Shown piece after piece: positions 32,032 to 49,600 of a stretch of DNA of 64,000 nucleotides. Numbering within the stretch: position 1 is the first letter of the stretch; each line of letters starts with the position of its first letter. A program made the position numbers and the translations under genes. The stretch is from the human T2T-CHM13v2.0 reference genome, Homo sapiens: the NCBI RefSeq assembly GCF_009914755.1, contig NC_060937.1; one strand, given 5' to 3'. The notes below the pieces were generated by a model that saw only the letters and a list, made by a program, of their open reading frames with translations, was not told the DNA's origin and ran no database searches.

Positions 32032-35000
32032 ATATTAGGTACATAAAATATGAAAGTACATCAAATATAGATTATATACTGTACATAAAATATCAAAGTA
32101 CCCCAAATATATATTTTGTACTCTACATGAAATATCAAAGTTCACAAACCATATATTATATAGTGTACATAAAATATCAAAGTACCCAAGGTATATATTC
32201 TATACTGTACAAAAAATATCAAAGTACCCAAAGCCTGTATTATATACTGTACATAAAATATGAAAGTACATCAAATATATATTAGGTACATAAAATATGA
32301 AGGTACATCAAATATAGATTATATACTGTACATATAATATCAATGTACCCCAAATATATATTTTGTACTCTACATGAAATATCAAAGTTCACAAACTACA
32401 TATTATATACTGTACATAAAATATCAAAGTACCAAAGGTATATATTCTATACTGCACAAAAAATATCAAATTACCCAAAACATGTATTATATTCTGTATA
32501 TAAAATATGAAAGTACATCAAATATATATTTTATTCTGTACATAAAATATCAAAGTACACCGGATATATATTCTATAGTGTACATAAAATAACAAAGTAC
32601 ACAAAGTATAAATTATATAATGTACATAAAATATGAAATTACATCAAATATATTTTAGGTACATAAAATATGAAAGTACATCAAATATAGATTATATACT
32701 GTACATATAATATCAATGTACCCCAAATATATATTTTGTACTCTACATGAAATATCAAAGTTCACAAACCATATATTATATACTGTACATAAAATATCAA
32801 AGTACCCAAGGTATATATTCTATACTGTACAAAAAATATCAAAGTACCCAAAGCATGTATTATAAACTGTACATAAAATATGAAAGTACGTCAAATATAT
32901 ATATTATTCTGTACATAAAATATCAAAGTACACCAGATATATATTCTATAGTGTACATAAAATACCAAAGTACCCAAACTATACATTATATACTGTACAT
33001 AAAATATGAAATTACATCAAATATATATTATATTAGGTACATAAAATATGAAAGTACATCAAATATAGATTATATACTGTACATTAAATACCAAAGTACC
33101 CCAAATATATATTATATACTCTACTTGAAATATGAAAGTTCACACACTATATATTATATACTGTACATAAAATATCAAAGTACCCAAGGTATATATTCTA
33201 TACTGTACAAAAAATATCAAAGTACCCAAAGCATGTATTATATACTGTATATAAAATATGAAAGTACATCAAATATATATTTTATTCTGTACATAAAATA
33301 TCAAAGTACACCAGATATATATTCTATAGTGTACATAAAATAACAAAGTACACAAACTATAAATTATATACTGTACATAAAATATGAAATTACATCAAAT
33401 ATATATTAGGTACCTAAAATATGAAAGTACATCAAATGTAGATTATATACTGTACATTAAATACCCAAGTACCCCAAATATATATTTTATACTGTACATG
33501 AAATATCAAATTTCACAAACTATATATTATATACTGTACATAAAATATCAAAGTACCCAAGGTATATATTCTATACTGTACAAAAAATATCAAAGTACCC
33601 AAAGCCTGTATTATAAACTGTACATAAAATATGAAAGTACATAAACTGTATATTTTATTCTGTACATAAAATATCAAAGTACACCAGATATATATTCTAT
33701 AGTGTACATAAAATATCAAAGTACCCAAACTATACATTATATACTGTACATAAAATATGAAATTACATCAAATATATATTATATTAGGTACATAAAATAT
33801 GAAAGTACATCAAATATAGATTATATACTGTACATTAAATTCCCCAGTACCCCAAATATATATTTTATACTGTACATGAAATATCAAAGTTCACAAACTA
33901 TATATTATATACTGTACATAAAATATCAAAGTACCCAAGGTATATGTTCTATACTGTACAAAAAATATCAAAGTACCCAAAGCATGTATTATAAACTGTA
34001 CCTAAAATATGAAATTACATCAAATATATATTTTATTCTGTACATAAAATATCAAAGTACACCAGATATATATTCTATAGTGTACATAAAATATCAAAGT
34101 ACCCAAACTATACATAATATACTGTACATAAAATATGAAATTACATCAAATATATATTATATTAGGTACATAAAATATGAAAGTACATCAAATATAGAAT
34201 ATATACTGTACATAAAATATCAAAGTACCCCAAATATATATTATATACTCTACATGAAATATCAAAGTTCACAAACTATATATTATATACTGTACATAAA
34301 ATATCAAAGTACCCAAGGTATATATTCTATACTGTACAAAAAATATCAAAGTACCCAAAGCATGTATTATATACTGTATGTAAAATATGAAAGTACATGA
34401 AATATATATTTTATTCTGTACATAAAATATCAATGTACACCAGATATATATTCTATAGTGTACATAAAATAACAAAGTACACAAACTATAAATTATATAC
34501 TGTACATAAAATATGAAATTACATCAAATATATATTAGGTACATAAAATATGAAAGTACATCAAATATAGATTATATACTGTACATAAAATATCAATGTA
34601 CCCCAAATATATATTTTATACTCTACATGAAATATCAAAGTTCACAAACCATATATTATATACTGTACATAAAATATCAAAGTACCCAAGGTATATATTC
34701 TATACTGTACAAAAAATATCAAAGTACCCAAAGCATGTATTATATACTGTACATAAAATATGAAAGCACACCAAATATATATTTTATTCTGTACATAAAA
34801 TATCAAAGTACACCAGATATATATTCTATAGTGTACATAAAATAACAAAGTACACAAACTATAAATTATATACTGTACATAAAATATGAAATTACATCAA
34901 ATATATATTAGGTACATAAAATATGAAAGTACATCAAATATAGATTATATACTGTACATAAAATATCAATGTACAACAAATAAATATTTTATACTCTACA

Positions 35001-38000
35001 TGAAATATCAAAGTTCATAAACTATATATTATATAATGTACATAAAATATCAAAATACCCAAGGTATATATTGTATACTGTACAAAAAATATCAAAGTAC
35101 CCAAAGCATGTATTATATACTGTACATAAACTATGAAAGTACATCAAATGTATATTTTACTCTGTACGTAAAATATCAAAGTACACCAGATATATATTCT
35201 ATAGTGTACATAAAATATCAAAGAACCCAAACTATACATTATATACTGTACATAAAATATAAAATTACATCAAATATATATTATATTAGGTACATAAAAT
35301 ATGAAAGTACATCAAATATAGATTATATACTGTACATTAAATACCAAAGTACCCCAAATCTATATTTTATACTGTACATGAAATATCAAAGTTCACAAAC
35401 TATATATTATATACTGTACATATAATATCAAAGTACCCAAGGTATATATTCTATACTGTACAAAAAATAACAAAGTACCAAAAGCATGTATTATATACTG
35501 TACCTAAAATATGAAAGTACATCAAATATATATTTTATTCTGTACATAAAATATCAAAGTACACCAGCTATATATTCTATAGTGTACATAAAATATCAAA
35601 GTACCCAAACTATACATAATATACTGTACATAAAATATGAAATTACATCAAATATATATTATATTAGGTACATAAAATATGAAAGTACATCAAATATAGA
35701 TTATATACTATACATAAAATATCAAAGTACCCCAAATATATATTATATACTCTACAGGAAATATCAAAGTTCACACACTATATATTATATACTGTACATA
35801 AAATATCAATATACCCAAGGTATATATTCTATACTGTACAAAAAATATCAAAGTACCCAAAGAATGTATTATATACTGTATGTAAAATATGAAAGTACAT
35901 CAAATATATATTTTATTCTGTACATAAAATATCAAAGTACACCAGATATATATTCTATAGTGTACATAAAATAACAAAGTACACAAACTATAAATTATAT
36001 ACTGTACATAAAATATGAAATTACATCAAATATATATTAGGTACATAAAATATGAAAGTACATCAAATATAGATTATATACTGTACATAAAATATCAAAG
36101 TACCCCAAATATATATTATATACTGTACATGAAATATCAAAGTTCACAAACTATATATTATATACTGTACATAAAATATCAAAGTACCCAAGGTATATAT
36201 TCTATACTGTACAAAAAATATCAAAGTACTCAAAGCACGTATTATATACTGTACATAAAATATGAAAGTACATCAAATATAGATTTTATTCTGTACATAA
36301 AATATCAAAGTACACCAGATATATATTCTATAGTGTACATAAAATATCAAAGTACCCAAACTATACATTATATACTGTACATAAAATATGAAATTACATC
36401 AAATTTATATTAGGTACATAAAATATGAAAGTACATCAAATATAGATTATATACTGTACATAAAATATCAAAGTTCCCCAAATATATATTATATACTGTA
36501 TATGAAATATCAAAGTTCACAAACTATATATTATATACTGTACATAAAATATCAAAGTACCCAAGGTATATATTCTATACTGTACAAAAAATATCAAAGT
36601 ACCCAAAGCATGTATTATATACTGTACATAAAATATGAAAGTACATCAAATATATATTTTATTCTATACATAAAATATCAAAGTACACCAGATATATATT
36701 CTATAGTGTACATAAAATATCAAAGAACCCAAACTATACATTATATACTGTACATAAAATATGAAATTACATCAAATATATATTATATTAGGTACATAAA
36801 ATATGAAAGTACATCAAATATAGATTATATACTGTACATAAAATATCAAAGTACCCCAAATATATATTATATACTCTACAGGAAATATCAAAGTTCACAC
36901 ACTATATATTATATACTGTACATAAAATATCAATATACCCAAGGTATATATTCTATACTGTACAAAAAATATCAAAGTACCCAAAGCATGTATTATATAC
37001 TGTACATAAAATATGAAAGTACATCAAATATATATTTTATTCTGTACATAAAATATCAAAGTACACCAGATATATATTCTATAGTGTACATAAAATAACA
37101 AAGTACACAAACTATAAATTATATACTGTACATAAAATATGAAATTACATCAAATACATATTAGGTACATAAAATATGAAAGTACATCAAATATAGATTA
37201 TATACTGTACATTAAATACCAAAGTACCCCAAATCTATATTTTATACTGTACATGAAATATCAAAGTTCACAAACTATATATTATATACTGTACATAAAA
37301 TATCAAAGTACCCAAGGTATATATTCTATACTGTACAAAAAATATCAAAGTACCCAAAGCATGTATTATAAACTGTACATAAAATATGAAAGTACATCAA
37401 ATATATATTTTATTCTGTACATAAAATATCAAAGTACACCAGATATATATTCCATAGTGTACATAAAATATCAAAGTACCCAAACTATACATTATATACT
37501 GTACATAAAATATGAAATTACATCAAATATATATTATATTAGGTTCATAAAATATGAAAGTACATCAAATATAGTTTATATACTGTACATTAAATACCCA
37601 AGTACCCCAAATATATATTTTATACTGTACATGAAATATCAAATTTCACAAACTATATATTATATACTGTACATAAAATATCAAAGTACCCAAGGAATAT
37701 ATTCTATACTGTACAAAAAATATCAAAGTACCCAAAGCATGTATTATAAACTGTACATAAAATGTAAAAGTACATCAAATATATATTTTATTCTGTACAT
37801 AAAATATCAAAGTACACCTGATATATATTCCATAGTGTACATAAAATATCAAAGTACCCAAACTATACATTATATACTGTACATAAAATATGAAATTACA
37901 TCAAATATATATTATATTAGGTTCATAAAATATGAAAGTACATCAAATATAGATTATATACTGTACATTAAATACCAAAGTACCCCAAATATATATTTTA

Positions 38001-40689
38001 TACTGTACATGAAATATCAAAGTTCACAAACTATATATTATATACTGTACATAAAATATCAAAGTACCCAAGGTATATATTCTATACTGTACAAAAAATA
38101 TCAAAGTACCCAAAGCATGTATTATAAACTGTACATAAAATATGAAAGTACATCAAATATATATTTTATTCTGTACATAAAATATCAAAGTACACCAGAT
38201 ATATATTCTATAGTGTACATAAAATGTCAAAGTACCCAAACTATACATTATATACTGTACATAAAATGTGAAATTACATCAAATATATATTAGGTACATA
38301 AAATATGAAAGTACATCAAATATAGATTATATACTGTACATAAAATATCAAAGTACCCCAAATATATATTATATACTCTACATGAAATATCAAAGTTCAC
38401 AAACTATATATTATATACTGTACATAAAATATCAAAGTACCCAAGGTATATATTCTATACTGTACAAAAAATATCAAAGTACCCAAAGCATGTATTATAT
38501 ACTGTACATAAAATATGAAAGTACATCAAATATATATTTTATTCTGTACATAAAATATCAAAGTACACCAGATATATATTCTATAGTGTACATAAAATAA
38601 CAAAGTACACAAACTATAAATTCTATACTGTACATAAAATATGAAATTACATCAAATATATATTAGGTACATAAAATATGAAAGTACATCAAATATAGAT
38701 TATATACTGTACATAAAATATCAATGTACCCCAAATATATATTTTATACTCTACATGAAATATCAAAGTTCACAAACCATATATTGTATACTGTACATAA
38801 AATATCAAAGTACCCAAGGTATGTATTCTATACTGTACAAAAAATATCAAAGTACCCAAGGTATATATTCTATACTGTACAAAAGATATCAAAGTACCCA
38901 AAGCATGTATTATATACTGTACCTAAAATATGAAAGTACATCAAATATATATTTTATTCTGTACATAAAACATCAAAGTACACCAGATATATATTCTATA
39001 GTGTACATAAAATATCAAAGTACCCAAACTATACATTATATACTGTACATAAAATATGAAATTACATCAAATATATATTATATTAGGTACATAAAATATG
39101 AAAGTACATCAAATATAGATTATATACTGCACATAAAATATCAAAGTACCCCAAATATATATTATATACTCTACATGAAATATCAAACTTCACAAACTAT
39201 ATATTATATACTGTACATAAAATATCAAAGTACCCAAGGTATATATTCTATACTGTACAAAAAATATCAAAGTACCCAAAGCATGTATTATATACTGTAT
39301 ATAAAATATGAAAGTACATTAAATATATATTTTATTCTGTACATAAAGTATCAAAGTACACCAGATATATATTCTATAGTGTACATAAAATTACAAAGTA
39401 CACAAACTATACACTATATACTGTACATAAAATATGAAATTACATCAAATATATATTAGGTACATAAAATATGAAAGTACATCAAATATAGATTATATTC
39501 TGTACATATAATATCAACGTACCCCAAATATATATTTTATACTCTACATGAACTATCAAAGTTCACAAACCATACATTATATACTGTACATAAAATATCA
39601 AAGTACCCAAGGTATATATTCTATACTGTACAAAAAATATCAAAGTACCCAAAGCATGTATTATATACTGTACATAAAATATGAAAGTACATCAAATATA
39701 TATTTTATTCTGTACATAAAATATCAAATTACACCAGATATGTATACTATAGTGTACTTAAAATATCACAGTACCCAAACTATACATTATATACTGTACA
39801 TAAAATATGAAATTACATAAAATATATATTATATTAGGTACATAAAATATGAAATTACATAAAATATATATTATATTAGGTACATAAAATATGAAAGTAC
39901 ATCAAATATAGATTATATACTGTACATTAAATACCAAAGTACCCCAAATATATATTTTATACTGTATATGAAATATCAAACTTCACAAACTATATATTAT
40001 ATACTGTACATAAAATATCAAAGTACCCAAGGTATATCTTCTATACTGTACAAAAGATATCAAAGTACCCAAAGCATGTATTATATACTGTACATAAAAT
40101 ATGAAAGTACATCAAATATATATTTTATTCTGTACATAAAATATCAAAGTACACCAGATATATATTCTATAGTGTACATAAAATATAAAAGTACCGAAAC
40201 TATTTATTATATACTGTACATAAAATATGAAATTATATCAAATATATATTATATTAGGTACATAAAATATGAAAGTACATCAAATATAGATTATATACTG
40301 TACATTAAATACCAAAGTACCCCAAATATATATTTTATACTGTACATGAAATATCAAAGTTCACAAACTATATATTATATACTGTACATAAAATATCAAA
40401 GTACCCAAGGTATATATTCTATACTGTACAAAAAATATCAAAGTACCCAAAGCATGTATTATATACTGGACATAAAATATGAAAGTACATCAAATATATA
40501 TTTTATTCTGTACATAAAATATCAAAGTACAGCAGATATATATTCTATAGTGTACATAAAATAACAAAGTACACAAACTATACATTATATACTGTACATA
40601 AAATATGAAATTACATCATATATATATTAGGTACATAAAATATGAAAGTACATCAAATATAGATTATATACTGTACATAAAATATCAAA

Positions 40690-43600
40690 GTACCCCAAAT
40701 ATATATTATATACCCTACAGGAAATATCAAAGTTCACACACTATATATTATATACTGTACATAAAATATCAAAGTACCCAAGGTATATATTCTATACTGT
40801 ACAAAAAATATCAAAGTACCCAAAGCATGTATTATATACTGTATATAAAATATGAAAGTACATCAAATATATATTTTATTCTGTACATAATATATCAAAG
40901 TACACCAGATATATATTCTATAGTGTACATAAAATAACAAAGTACAAAAACTATAAATTATATACTGTACATAAAATATGAAATTACATCAAATACATAT
41001 TAGGTACATAAAATATGAAAGTACATCAAATATAGATTATATAATGTACATAAAATATCAATGTACCCTAAATATATATTTTATACTCTACATGAAATAT
41101 CAAAGTTCACAAACCATATCTTATATACTGTACATAAAATATCAAAGTACCCAAGGTAAATATTCTATACTGTACAAAAAATACCAAAGTACCCAAAGCA
41201 TGTATTATATACTGTACATAAAATATGAAAGTACATCAAATATAGATATTATTCTGTACATAAAATACCAAAGTACACCAGATATATATTCTATAGTGTA
41301 CATAAAATATCAAAGTACCCAAACTAAACATTATATACTGTACATAAAATATGAAATTACATAAAATATATATTATATTAGGTACATAAAATATGAAAGT
41401 ACATCAAATATAGATAATATACTGTACATTAAATACCAAAGTACCCCAAATATATATTTTATACTGTACGTGAAATATCAAAGTTCACAAACTATATATT
41501 ATATACTGTACATGTAATATCAAAGTACCCGAGGTATATATTCTATAATGTACAAAAAATAACAAAGTACCAAAAGCATGTATTATATACTGTACCTAAA
41601 ATATGAAAGTACATCAAATATATATTTTATTCTGTACATAATATATCAAAGTACACCAGATATATATTCTATAGTGCACATAAAATATCAAAGTACCCAA
41701 ACTATACATTATATACTGTACATAAAATATGAAATTACATCAAATATATATTAGGTACATAAAATATGAAAGTACATCAAATATAGATTATATACTGTAC
41801 ATAAAATATCAAAGTACCCAAATATATATTATATACTGTACATGAAATATCAAAGTTCACAAACTATATATTATATACTATACATAAAATATCAAAGTAC
41901 CCAAGGTATATATTCTGTACTGTAAAAAAATATCAAAGTACCCAAAGCATGTATTATATACTGTATATAAAATATGAAAGTACATCAAATATATATTTTA
42001 TTCTGTACATAAAATATCAAAGTACACCAGATATATATTCTATAGTGTACATATAATAACAAAGTACACAAACTATAAATTATATACTGTACATAAAATA
42101 TGAAATTACATCAAATATATATTAGGTACATAAAATATGAAAGTACCTCAAATATAGATTATATACTGTACATAAAATATCAAAGTACCCCAAATATATA
42201 TTTTATACTCTACATGAAATATCAAAGTTCACAAACCATATATTATATACTGTACATAAAATATCAAAGTACCCAAGGTATATATTCTATACTGTACAAA
42301 AAATATCAAAGTACCCAAAGCATGTATTATATACTGTACATAAAATATGAAACTACATCAAATATATATTTTATTCTGTACAAAAAATATCAAAGTACAC
42401 CAGACATATTTTCTATAGTGTACATAAAATATCAAAGTACCCAAAGCATGTATTATATACTGTACATAAAATATGAAAGTACATCAAATATATATTTTAT
42501 TCTGTACATAAAATATCAAAGTACACCAGATATATATTCTATAGTGTACATAAAATATCAAAAGCACCCAAACTATACATTATATACTGTACATAAAATA
42601 TGAAATTACATCAAATATATATTATATTAGGTACATAAAATATGAAATTACATCAAATATAGATTATATACTGTACATTAAATACCAAAGTACCCCAAAT
42701 ATATGTTTTATACTGTACATGAAATATCAAAGTTCACACACTATATATTATATACTGTACATAAAATATCAAAGTACCCAAGGTATATATTCTATACTGT
42801 ACAAAAAATATCAAAGTACCCAAAGCATGTATTATAAACTGTACATAAAATATGAAATTACATCAAATATATATTTTATTCTGTACATAAAATATCAAAG
42901 TACACCAGATATATATTCTATAGTGTACATAAAATATCAAACTACCCAAACTATACATTATATACTGTACATAAAATATGAAATTACATCAAATATATAT
43001 TAGGTACATAAAATATGAAAGTACATCAAATATAGATTATATACTGTACATAAAATATCAATGTACCCCAAATATATATTTTATACTCTACATGAAATAT
43101 CAAAGTTCACAAACCATATATTATATACTGTACATAAAATATCAAAGTACCCAAGGTATGTATTCTATACTGTACAAAAAATATCAAAGTACCCAAAGCA
43201 TGTATTATATACTGTACATAAAATATGAAAGTACATCAAAGATATATTTTATTCTGTACATAAAATATCAAGGTACACCAGATATATATTCTATAGTGTA
43301 CATAAAATAGCAAAGTACACAAACTATAAATTATATACTGTACATAAAATATGAAATTACATCAAATATATATTAGGTACATAAAATATGAATGTACATC
43401 AAATATAGATTATATACTGTACATATAATATAAATGTACCCCAAATATATATTTTGTACTCTACATGAAATATCAAAGTTCACAAACCGTATATTATATA
43501 CTGTACATAAAATATCAAAGTACCCAAGGTATATATTCTATACTGTACAAAAAATATCAAAGTACCCAAAGCATGTATTATATACTGTACATAAAATATG

Positions 43601-46600
43601 AAAGTACATCAAATATATATTTCATTCTGTACATAAAATATCAAAGTACACCAGATATATATTCTATAGTGTACATAAAATATCAAAGTACCCAAACTAT
43701 ACATTATATACTGTACATAAAATATGAAATTCCATCAAATATATATTATATTAGGTACATAAAATATGAAAGTACTTCAAATATAGGTTATATACTGTAT
43801 ATTAAATACCAAAGTACCCCAAATATATATTTTATACTGTACATAAAATATCAAAGTACCCAAGGTATATATTCTATACTGTACAAAAAATATCAAAGTA
43901 CCCAAAGCATGTATTATATACTGTACATAAAATATGAAAGTACATCAAATATATATTTCATTCTGTACATAAAATATCAAAGTACACCAGATATATATTC
44001 TATAGTGTACATAAAATATCAAAGTACCCAAACTATACATTATATACTGTACATAAAATATGAAATTACATCAAATATATATTATATTAGGTACATAAAA
44101 TATGAAAGTACATCAAATATAGGTTATATACTGTATATTAAATACCAAAGTACCCCAAATATATATTTTATACTGTACATGAAATATGAAAGTTCACAAA
44201 CTGTATATTATATAGTGTACATAAAATATCAAAGTACCCAAGGTATATATTCTATACTATACAAAAATATCAAAGTACCCAAAGCATGTATTATATACTG
44301 TACATAAAATATGAAAGTACATAAAATATATATTTTATTCCGTACATAAAATATCAAAGTACACCAGATATATATTCTATAGCGTACATAAAATATCAAA
44401 GTACCCAAACTATACATTATATACTATACATAAAATACGAGATTACATCAAATATATATTATATTAGGTACATAAAATATGAAAGTTCATCAAATATAGA
44501 TTATATACTGTACATTAAATATCAAAGTACCCCAAATATATACTATATACTCTACATGAAATAGGAAAGTTCACAAACTATATATTATATACTGTACATA
44601 AAATATCAAAGTACCCAAGGTATATATTCTGTACTGTACAAAAAATATCAAAGTACCCAAAGCATGTATTATATACTGTATATAAAATATGAAAATACAT
44701 TAAATATATATTTTATTCTGTACATGAAATATCAAAGTACACCAGATATATATTCTATAGTGTTGATAAAATAACAAAGTACACAAACTATAAATTATAT
44801 ACTGTACATAAAATATGAAATTACATCAAATATATATTAGGTACATAAAATATGAAAGTACATCAAATATAGATTATATACTGTACATATAATATCAATG
44901 TACCCCAAATATATATTTTATACTCTACATGAAATATCAAAGTTCACAAACCATACATTATATACTGTACATAAAATATCAAAGTACCCAAGGTATATAT
45001 TCTATACTGTACAAAAAATATCAAAGTACCCAATGCATGTATTATATACTGTACATAAAATATGAAAGTACATCAAATATATATTTTATTCTGTACATAA
45101 AATATCAAAGTACACCAGATATATATTATATAGTGTACATAAAATATCAAAGTACCCAAACTATACATTATATACTGTACATAAAATATGAAATTACCTC
45201 AAATATATATTAGGTACATAAAATATGAAAGTACATCAAATATAGATTATATACTGTACATAAAATATCAAAGTACCCCAAATATATATTATATACTGTA
45301 CATGAAATATCAAAGTTCACAAACTATATATTATATACTGTACATAAAATATCAAAGTACCCAGGTATATATTCTATACTGTACAAAAAATATCAAAGTA
45401 CCCAAAGCATGTATTATATACTGTACATAAAATATGAAAGTACATCAAATATATATTTTATTCTGTACATAAAATATCAAAGTACACCAGATATATATTC
45501 TATAATGTACATAAAATAACAAAGTACCCAAACTAAACATTATATACTGTACATAAAATATGAAATTACATCAAATATATATTAGGTACATAAAATATGA
45601 AAGTATATCAAATATAGATTATATACTGTACATATAATATCAATGTACACCAAATATATATTTTATACTCTACATGAAATATCAAAGTTCACAAACCATA
45701 TATTATATACTGTACATAAAATATCAAAGTACCCAAGGTATATATTCTATACTGTACAAAAAATATCAAAGTACCCAAAGCATGTATTATATACTGTACA
45801 TAAAATATGAAAGTACATCAAATATATATTTTATTCTGTACATAAAATATCAAAGTACACCAGTTATATATTCTATTGTGTACATAAAATATCAAAGTAC
45901 CCAAACTATACATTATATACTATACATAAAATATGAAATTACATCAAATATATATTATATTAGGTACATAAAATATGAAAGCACATCAAATATAGATTAT
46001 ATACTGTACATTAAATACCAAAATACCCCAAATATATATTTTATACTGTACATCAAATATCAAAGTTCACAAACTATATATTATATACTGTACATCAAAT
46101 ATCAAAGTACCCAAGGTATATATTCTATACTGTACAAAAAATATCAAAGTACCCAAAGCATGTATTATATACTGTACATAAAATATGAAAGTACATCAAA
46201 TATATATTTTATTCTGTACATAAAACATCAAAGTACACCAGATATATATTCTATAGTGTACATAAAATATCAAAGTACCCAAACTATACATTATATACTG
46301 TACATAAAATATGAAATTACATCAAATATATATTATATTAGGTACATAAAATATGAAAGTACATCAAATATAGATTATATACTGTACATAAAATATCAAA
46401 GTACCCCAAATATATATTATATACTCTACATGAAATATCAAAGTTCACAAACTATATATTATATACTGTACATAAAATATCAAAGTACCCAAGGTATATA
46501 TTCTGTACTGTACAAAAAATATCAAAGTATCCAAAGCATGTATTATATACTGTATATATAATATGAAAGTAAATTAAATATATATTTTATTCTGTACATA

Positions 46601-49600
46601 AAATATCAAAGTACACCAGATATATATTCTATAGTGTAAATAAAATAACAAAGTACAAAAACTATAAATTATATACTGTACATAAAATATGAAATTACAT
46701 CAAATATATATTAGGTACATAAAATATGAAAGTACATCAAATATAGATTATATACTGTACATATAATATCAATGTACCCCAAATATATATTTTACACTCT
46801 ACATGAAATATCAAAGTTCACAAACCATATATTATATACTGTACATAAAATATCAAAGTACCCAAGGTATATATTCTATACTATACAAAAAATATCAAAG
46901 TACCCAAAGCATGTATTATATACTATACATAAAATATGAAAATACATCAAATATATATTTTATTCTGTACATAATATATCAAAGTACACCAGATATATAT
47001 TCTATAGTGTACATAAAATATCAAAGTACCCAAACTATACATTATATACTGCACATAAAATATGAGATTACATCAAATATATATTATATTAGGTACATAA
47101 AATATGAAAGTACATCAGATATAGATTATATACTGTACATAAAATATCAAAGTACCCCAAATATATATTATATACTCTACATGAAATATCAAAGTTCACA
47201 AACTATATATTATATACTGTACATAAAATATCAAAGTACCCAAGGTATATATTCTATACTGTACAAAAAACATCAAAGTACCCAAAGCATGCATTATATA
47301 CTGTACATAAAATATGAAAGTACATCAAATATATATTTTATTCTGTACATAAAATATCAAAGTACACCAGATATATATTCTATAGTGTACATAAAATAAC
47401 AAAGTACAAAAACTATACATTATATACTGTACATAAAATATGAAATTAAATCAAATATATTTTATATTAGGTACATAAAATATGAAAGTACATCAAATAT
47501 AGATTATATACTGTACATAAAATATCAAAGTACCCCAAATATATATTATATACTCTACATGAAATATCAAAGTTCACAAACTATATATTATATACTGTAC
47601 ATAAAATATCAAAGTACCCAAGGTATATATTCTATACTGTACAAAAAATATCAAAGTACCCAAAGCATGTATTATATACTGTATACAAAATATGAAAATA
47701 CATTAAATATATATTTTATTCTCTACATAAAATATCAAAGTACACCAGATATGTATTCTATAGTGTACATAAAATAACAAAGTACACAAACTATAAATTA
47801 TATACTGTACATAAAATATCAAAGTACCCCAAATATATATTATATACTCTACATAAAATATCAAAGTTCACAAACTATATATTATATACTGTACATAAAA
47901 TAACAAAGTACCCAAGGTATATATTCTATACTGTACGAAAAATATCAAAGTACCCAAAGCATGTATTATATACTGTACATAAAATATGAAAGTACATCAA
48001 ATGTATATTTTATTCTGTACATAAAATATCAAAGTACACCAGATATATATTCTATAGTGTACATAAAATATCAAAGTACCCAAACTATACATTATATACT
48101 GTACATAAAATATGAAATTACATCAAATATATATTAAGTACATAAAATATGAAAGTATATCAAATATAGATTATATACTATACATAAAATATCAATGTAC
48201 CCCAAATATATATTTTATACTCGACATGAAATATCAAAGTTCACAAACCATATATTATTTACTGTACATAAAATATCAAAGTACCCAAGGTATATATTCT
48301 ATACTGTACAAAAAATATCAAAGTACCCAAAGCATGTATTATATACTGTACATAAAATATGAAACTACATCAAATATATTTTTTATTCTGTATATAAAAT
48401 ATCAAAGTACACCAGATATATATTCTATAGTGTACATAAAATATCAAAGTACCCAAACTATACATTATATACTGTACATAAAATATGAAATTACATCAAA
48501 TATATATTATATTAGGTACATAAAATATGAAAGTACATCAAATATAGATTATATACTGTACATAAAATACGAAAGTACCCCAAATATATATTATACACTG
48601 TACATGAAATATCAAAGTTCACAAACTATATATTATATACTGTACATAAAATATCAAAGTACCCAAGGTATATATTCTATACTGTACAAAAAATATCAAA
48701 GTACCCAAAGCATGTATTATATACTGTACATAAAATATGAAAGTACATCAAATATATATTTAATTCTGTACATAAAATATCAAAGTACACCAGATATATA
48801 TTCTATAGTGTACATAAAATAACAAAGTACACAAACCATAAATTGTATACTGTACATAAAATATGACATTACATCAAATATATATTAGGTACATAAAATA
48901 TGAAGGTACATCAAATATAGATAATATACTGTACATAAAATATCAATGTACCCCAAATATATATTTTATACTCTACATGAAATATCAAAGTTCACAAACT
49001 ATATATTATATACTGTACATAAAATATCAAAGTACCCAAGGTATATATTCTATACTGTACAAAAAATATCAAAGTACCCAACGCATGTATTGTATACTGC
49101 ACATAAAATATGAAAGTACATCAAATATATATTTTATTCTGTACATAAAATATCAAAGTACACCAGATATATATTTTATAGTGTACATAAAATATCAAAG
49201 TACCCAAACTATACATTATATACTGTACATAAAATATGAAATTCCATCAAATATATATTATATTAGGTACATAAAATATGAAAGTACATCAAATATAGAT
49301 TATATACTGTACATTAAATACCAAAGTACCCCAAATATATATTTTATACTGTACATGAAATATCAAAGTTCACACACTGTATATTATATACTGTACATAA
49401 AATATCAAAGTACCCAAGGTATATATTCTATGCTGTACAAAAAATATCAAAGTACCCAAAGCATGTATTATAAACTGTACATAAAATATGAAAGTACATC
49501 AAATATATATTTTATTCTGTACATAAAATATCAAAGTACACCAGATATATATTCTATAATGTACATAAAATATCAAAGTACCCAAACTATAAATTATATA

